DNA of 32,000 bases, taken from Trichodesmium erythraeum IMS101. GTDB lineage: Bacteria > Cyanobacteriota > Cyanobacteriia > Cyanobacteriales > Microcoleaceae. Below are positions 27,555 to 32,000 of the stretch, in pieces. Position numbers and translations under genes: made by a program. The notes beneath the pieces are model-generated. The model was not told where the DNA came from. It searched no databases and worked only from the letters and a program-made list of their open reading frames with translations. The first letter of the stretch is position 1, and each line of letters starts with the position of its first letter. The stretch is from NCBI RefSeq assembly GCF_000014265.1, contig NC_008312.1, positions 3,390,001 to 3,422,000 on the forward strand, in the 5' to 3' direction.

Positions 27555-27857
27555 TCAGAGCGATCGATCAGTATTTATCAAATTTCCATTAACATTGTCT
27601 ATTTGTTGACGCACTTCATCAATTGCTTGATTCAACTGTGCTATTTGAGCTTCTAAACTCTGATGAGCTACTTCTGTACTGTCTAATTCTGTTATTGATT
27701 TTTGTTTTTCTGTATCTTGACTATCTAATAGATTTTCTACTAATTCAGGATCATCAGATATACTTGTTCCAATTAAAATTCCTAATAATCCACCAGCCAA
27801 GCTACCAAATGCTGCCCCCGCAATTAAACCACTCACAAAACTATCTTTATTACTCAT
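27555..27857 (-). CDS. YtxH-like small protein (glycine-zipper TM helix plus coiled coil)
   Basis: GLIAGAAFGSLAGGLLGILIG is followed by an acidic/coiled-coil tail (LEAQIAQLNQAIDEVRQQIDN). The ATG at 27857 is preferred over the TTG at 27866. Confidence 0.6.
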   Translation of the reverse strand: MSNKDSFVSGLIAGAAFGSLAGGLLGILIGTSISDDPELVENLLDSQDTEKQKSITELDSTEVAHQSLEAQIAQLNQAIDEVRQQIDNVNGNLINTDRSL

Positions 27858-27969
27858 ATTTAGCAAATAGCTAATTACTTATATTACATGTTTATATATC
27901 TAGAATAACAGATTATGAAATTTAATGTCAAAATTTAATTAAGATTAGGTAAGTCTTAGTGGCCAATCA

Positions 27970-28620
27970 CTAAGTACCAAAAAATCGATCCCCCGCATCA
28001 CCAAGGCCCGGCACAATATAACCAACATCATTTACAATCTCATCAATAGTTGCCGTATAGATAGCCAAGCTAGGATAAGTGCTACCCAGTTTTTGTAGAG
28101 CAGGTTTAGCAGCTACTACAGAAATAATTCTTATAGCAGCAGGGTCAACTCCACGATGAGTTAATTCCGCCATTGCCTGCATAATTGTGCCACCAGTAGC
28201 TAACATTGGGTCGCAAATCAAAACCCGAACATTCGAGTCAAATTGGGAGGGAAGCTTATTGAAATAACAATTAGCTTCGAGAGTTTCTTCATTCCTGACC
28301 ATTCCCAAATGATAGATAGATGCCAAGGGCAAGACAGTTTGAGCGCCTTCTAGTAATCCTAGACCGGCTCGGAGGATAGGTATTACTACCATGGGAGCTT
28401 GAGGATGGACAAAAGTAGCCGAACATTCAGCTAAAGGAGTCTGTACATTTGTTTCTACGACAGGTAACCAATCTCGAATTGCTTCATAAGTTAACCATTT
28501 ACCTAACTCTGTTATGGCAGAACGAAATAGAGGAGAAGGCGTATTAAGGTCACGAGCTACTCCTAACCAATGTTTGACTAATGGATGGGGTGGGACATAA
28601 ACACGAAGTTGCAAAGCCAT
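27970..28620 (-). CDS. upp: Uracil phosphoribosyltransferase
   Basis: Motifs seen: VVIPILRAGLGLLEGA, the PRPP loop VLICDPMLATGGT, and the C-terminal YIVPGLGDAGDRFFGT. Confidence 0.9.
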   Translation of the reverse strand: MALQLRVYVPPHPLVKHWLGVARDLNTPSPLFRSAITELGKWLTYEAIRDWLPVVETNVQTPLAECSATFVHPQAPMVVIPILRAGLGLLEGAQTVLPLASIYHLGMVRNEETLEANCYFNKLPSQFDSNVRVLICDPMLATGGTIMQAMAELTHRGVDPAAIRIISVVAAKPALQKLGSTYPSLAIYTATIDEIVNDVGYIVPGLGDAGDRFFGT

Positions 28621-29069
28621 GATTACAAAAGTAAAAAAAATTAGTTTTAGGACTTATGTAGAAACTTAATCTACAAAACTTTCTGAGTTGAACAAAAAGT
28701 CAATATAGAGCAATAAATCCAGTTTTTTGTTGGGTGGGTAAGTCCTGAGTTAATTAGAATGTTAGCTTTTTAAGCCTATCTCTCTGGTTACAGGAGTGCC
28801 TAATAATAATAACAATCAATGTTGATTATCTCACACAAAAGAATAGGTTAAAATTAAAGAAAGTGAAAGTATTGATAAATTTAATAAATCTTAAGGTATA
28901 ATTAAGAGTTAAGTATTGGTGGATTATGGCAAATTTTAGTATTTTACTATTGAGTTTAACTAACATGAGTTTTTTAATTATTAGTTAATACTTAACCAAG
29001 TTTACACTTCAAATTAAACACTATTATAACCACTAGACTAAAATCAAGAAAAGTATCAAAGGTTTTACT

Positions 29070-30668
29070 ATGACAGTCTCTAAGCAATCTACCTCATTAA
29101 CTGATAAATTATCAGCAATACCTGAATATGATGCAGTTATAATTGGCTCTGGCATTGGTGGCTTAGTTACAGCCACTCAACTTGTAGCTAAAGGAGCAAA
29201 AGTTATAGTCTTAGAAAGCTATATTATTCCTGGTGGTAGTTCTGGTTACTTTGAAAGAGAAGGATACACATTTGATGTTGGTGCATCAATGATATTTGGT
29301 TTTGGCAAGAAAGGTACAACAAATTTACTTACTCGTGCTTTAGATGCTGTCAATGTGAGCCTAGAAACAATTCCTGACCCGGTACAAATACATTATCATT
29401 TACCAGATAATTTAGAATTAAAAGTTTACCAACACTATGAGAAGTTTATAGAAGAATTAACTAAAATATTTCCCCATGAAAAGAAAGGAATTAGACAATT
29501 TTATGATGAATGTTGGGCAGTATTTAATTGTCTCAATTCAATGGAATTATTATCTTTAGAAGAACTGCGATATCTTTCCAAATCATTTTTTCAAAATCCT
29601 GGTTCTTGTTTAGGGCTATTGAAGTATTTGCCTCAAAATGTTGGTGATGTTGCACGTCGATATATTAATGATTCTAAGTTATTAAAATTTATTGATATGG
29701 AATGTTATTGTTGGTCAGTAGTTCCGGCCAACTTAACTCCAATGATTAATGCTGGTATGGTATTTTCTGACCGACATTATGGTGGTATTAATTATCCCAA
29801 AGGTGGGGTGGGAAAAATTTCCCAGAAATTAGTGGAAGGTTTGGAGAAAAATGGAGGAAAAATTAAATATCAAGCCCGTGTAAAAAAAATTATTATCGAA
29901 AACAAAAAAGCGGTAGGAGTGGAATTAACTAATGGTGAAATTTATCGAGGTAAACGAATTATTTCTAATGCTACAAGATGGGATACTTTTGGCAAGTTAG
30001 TCCCTGAGAAAAATATGCCCCCAAGTGAGATGAAATGGCGGAGTAATTATCAAAAATCACCAAGTTTTTTAAGCTTGCATTTAGGAGTCGAAGCAACTGT
30101 ATTTCCCCAGGGTACAGAATGTCATCATATTCTCTTAGAAAATTGGGAAAAAATGGAAGCAGTAGAAGGTACAATTTTTGTTTCTATTCCTACATTATTA
30201 GACCCAAGTTTGGCGCCAAAAGGATATCATATAGTTCATACTTTTACACCTAGTTATATAAAAGATTGGCAAGGACTAAGTATAAAGGAATATGAAGCTA
30301 AAAAAGAGGCAGCAGCAGGGCGAGTTATTGAGAGATTAGAAAATATTTTTCCCGGTTTAGATGCAGGTTTAGACTATGTGGAAGTTGGCACTGCGCGATC
30401 GCATCAAAGATTTTTAAATCGTGCAGATGGAACTTATGGACCTATTCCTCAACGTAAATTAAAAGGTTTATTAGGAATGCCATTTAATCGTACTGCAATA
30501 CCTGGTTTATATTGTGTTGGAGATAGTACATTTCCTGGTCAAGGTTTAAATGCTGTAGCATTTTCTGGTTTTGCTTGTGCTCATAGAGTTGCTGCTGATT
30601 TGGGTTATAACTCTAAGGGCAAGTCAAAAGTCAATATAAACTTTACAAAAGTCAAAAATAATCTTTGA
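29070..30668 (+). CDS. crtH: Carotenoid cis-trans isomerase (CRTISO/CrtH type), FAD-dependent phytoene-desaturase superfamily
   Basis: Motifs seen: N-terminal [37 protein letters not shown], then [60 protein letters not shown], and the C-terminal [22 protein letters not shown]. From memory this resembles Synechocystis sll0033. Confidence 0.75.
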   Translation: MTVSKQSTSLTDKLSAIPEYDAVIIGSGIGGLVTATQLVAKGAKVIVLESYIIPGGSSGYFEREGYTFDVGASMIFGFGKKGTTNLLTRALDAVNVSLETIPDPVQIHYHLPDNLELKVYQHYEKFIEELTKIFPHEKKGIRQFYDECWAVFNCLNSMELLSLEELRYLSKSFFQNPGSCLGLLKYLPQNVGDVARRYINDSKLLKFIDMECYCWSVVPANLTPMINAGMVFSDRHYGGINYPKGGVGKISQKLVEGLEKNGGKIKYQARVKKIIIENKKAVGVELTNGEIYRGKRIISNATRWDTFGKLVPEKNMPPSEMKWRSNYQKSPSFLSLHLGVEATVFPQGTECHHILLENWEKMEAVEGTIFVSIPTLLDPSLAPKGYHIVHTFTPSYIKDWQGLSIKEYEAKKEAAAGRVIERLENIFPGLDAGLDYVEVGTARSHQRFLNRADGTYGPIPQRKLKGLLGMPFNRTAIPGLYCVGDSTFPGQGLNAVAFSGFACAHRVAADLGYNSKGKSKVNINFTKVKNNL

Positions 30669-31089
30669 CTGAGTTTTTTGTCCCTTATGTGGAGCAAACA
30701 GTATTTATAAATTTCCCAGCCTTAAATGCCTAGTACTAAAAAAATTATATTTTATACTACATTTTATCCTATAAAATATATAAGTCAAAAATCATGCATT
30801 TAGGCCTCCCCTTTTTATTATTTCCCAAGGGGAAAAGTCACCCCAATTTGAAGAAAATTATAGTCGTCAATAGGATTCAATGATTTAGTTTAACCAAGCT
30901 ACGGATTTTATACGAGTTTTTATGTTACAAATTGAAGTACGGAATGTGGGATAAAAAAAATTGACTTCTCCTGTGGCTAAAGGCAAAAGTCTGGTGTTGC
31001 TGAAATAGAGGATGAATTACAAGAGATTATACTAATTTCATAAACTTAAGCTACACTTTTAGAAGTAACCTATTATAGAAAATGTCCCC

Positions 31090-31593
31090 ATGTCAGGAGT
31101 AGTAAAAATTGAGATAAATGAATCGGTAGAAACTCTCAAAAAACTTTTAAAAAGTGCGAGTACAGCTCAAGAAAAGGAAAGACTTCAAACTATTTACTGG
31201 TTGAAAACTCAAACAGTAGAAACAGTAAAAGAAATTGCGATAATGTTAGGACGCAATCGAGTCACAGTACAAAAATGGTTAGGGAAATATCGTACAGGTG
31301 GACTGAATCTTTTACTAGAACCAAAGAAAAATCTAGGAGGGAGGCCAAGTTCAATTCCACCAAATGTAATCGAGAAATTAGAAGCAGAATTGCAAAACCC
31401 GGAAGGTTTCCAAAGCTATGGTGAAATTCAACAGTGGTTAACGACTTGTTTTGACATCGAGCTGTCTTATCGAACAGTTCATCAATTAGTCAGATATAAA
31501 TTAAAAAGTAAATTAAAAGTTCCACGTCCAAATCACATAAAACAAAATAAAGAAGCTCAAGAAAACTTTAAAAAAAACTCTCATCTCAACTAG
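31090..31593 (+). CDS. IS630 transposase orfA (DNA-binding part)
   Basis: 167 aa. ERLQTIYWLKTQTVETVKEIAIMLGRNRVTVQKWLGKYRTGGLNLL is a helix-turn-helix typical of IS630/Tc1-like transposases. Confidence 0.8.
   Translation: MSGVVKIEINESVETLKKLLKSASTAQEKERLQTIYWLKTQTVETVKEIAIMLGRNRVTVQKWLGKYRTGGLNLLLEPKKNLGGRPSSIPPNVIEKLEAELQNPEGFQSYGEIQQWLTTCFDIELSYRTVHQLVRYKLKSKLKVPRPNHIKQNKEAQENFKKNSHLN
31567..31578 (+). promoter_or_regulatory. Candidate programmed -1 ribosomal frameshift site (TTT AAA AAA AAC)
   Basis: An A8 run (31570-31577) lies 5 codons before the orfA stop. The -1 frame opens at 31572 just after a TAA and continues into the DDE domain. Confidence 0.55.
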
Positions 31594-32000
31594 AAGAGAA
31601 AATTAAGTTAATTAATAAATATTCGGAAAATCAACTGCCAATTCGCTATTGGTGTCAAGACGAGACTAGAATTGGATTAAAAACTATAACAGGTAAAGTC
31701 ATTACTGCTTGCGGTGTTAAGCCCATTGGTTTATATCAATGGCTATTTAAATATCTATGGCTTTATGGTTTAGTAGAACCAAAAACAGGAGATTCCTTTT
31801 TTTATGAATTTAGTCATCTAGATACTCCTTGCGTTGAAAGATTTTTAGAGCTTTTTTCTCAAACATATCCTGAAGAGATTCATATTATTCAACTAGATAA
31901 CGGGCGAGGGCATCTAGGGAATGATTTATCTATCCCTGATCACATCATTTTATTATTTCAACCTCCTTATTGTCCCGAAGTTAATCCCATTGAAAGACTG
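31575..32000 (+). CDS. IS630 transposase orfB (DDE catalytic part), 3'-truncated by the window
   Basis: Frame 3 reads KLSSQLEEKIKLINKYSENQLPIRYWCQDETRIGLKT...IHIIQLDNGRGHLGNDLSIPDHIILLFQPPYCPEVNPIERL. It carries the D (QDE), D (LDN) and E (NPIE) triad and is open to nt 32000. Confidence 0.8.

Larger units (their letters stand above)
31090..32000 (+). mobile_element. IS630-family insertion sequence, apparently intact and running off the right edge; the left terminus is not determinable
   Basis: An HTH-containing orfA (31090-31593) overlaps a DDE-containing orfB in the -1 frame. The IS ends and TA duplication cannot be defined without the right end. Confidence 0.75.

Noticed and set aside
28872-28902. 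TTGATA - 19 nt - TATAAT upstream of crtH, considered as a promoter.
   Set aside because: The spacer is longer than optimal and such hexamers are common in AT-rich intergenic DNA, so this is not distinctive enough to call.

Overview
This window is an AT-rich cyanobacterial chromosomal segment. By my manual count it has at least 18 perfect HIP1 palindromes (GCGATCGC). The gene content (crtH-type carotenoid isomerase, sll0418-type prenylquinol methyltransferase, Ycf19/YggT) and short hairpin repeats suggest a filamentous Nostocales-type genome; that assignment is inference. The backbone is housekeeping. From left to right: the end of a glycan-modification cluster (a GT4-like glycosyltransferase and an FkbM methyltransferase); a three-gene minus-strand unit (membrane protein, MPBQ/MSBQ-type methyltransferase, group-A flavin monooxygenase); two divergent dihydroorotase-family paralogs bracketing lepB; a tandem histidine-phosphatase fusion; a CPBP protease; an EamA transporter; aroE; yggT; upp; and crtH. 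Between these lie many decayed mobile-element and gene remnants: IS4-like, TnpB-like, two IS630-like, IS5/IS903-like and an AAA+ ATPase fragment. One apparently intact IS630-type element with an A8 frameshift site runs off the right edge. I found no CRISPR array, rRNA or tRNA. The most unusual structure is a 309-bp coding module (the FPDW module, about 103 aa). It occurs three times at roughly 96-97% nucleotide identity, twice at the C-terminus of the glycosyltransferase and once at the C-terminus of the adjacent methyltransferase, and each copy ends on a HIP1 site. Other points worth a second look: the monooxygenase-methyltransferase linkage (a possible plastoquinone ring hydroxylase candidate); a dihydroorotase paralog with a degenerate metal site; a tandem duplication that includes the 5' end of that paralog; a 2.1-kb coding desert with a 108-bp tandem repeat; and an orphan consensus promoter. 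All family assignments come from motif recognition by eye, not from database searches.
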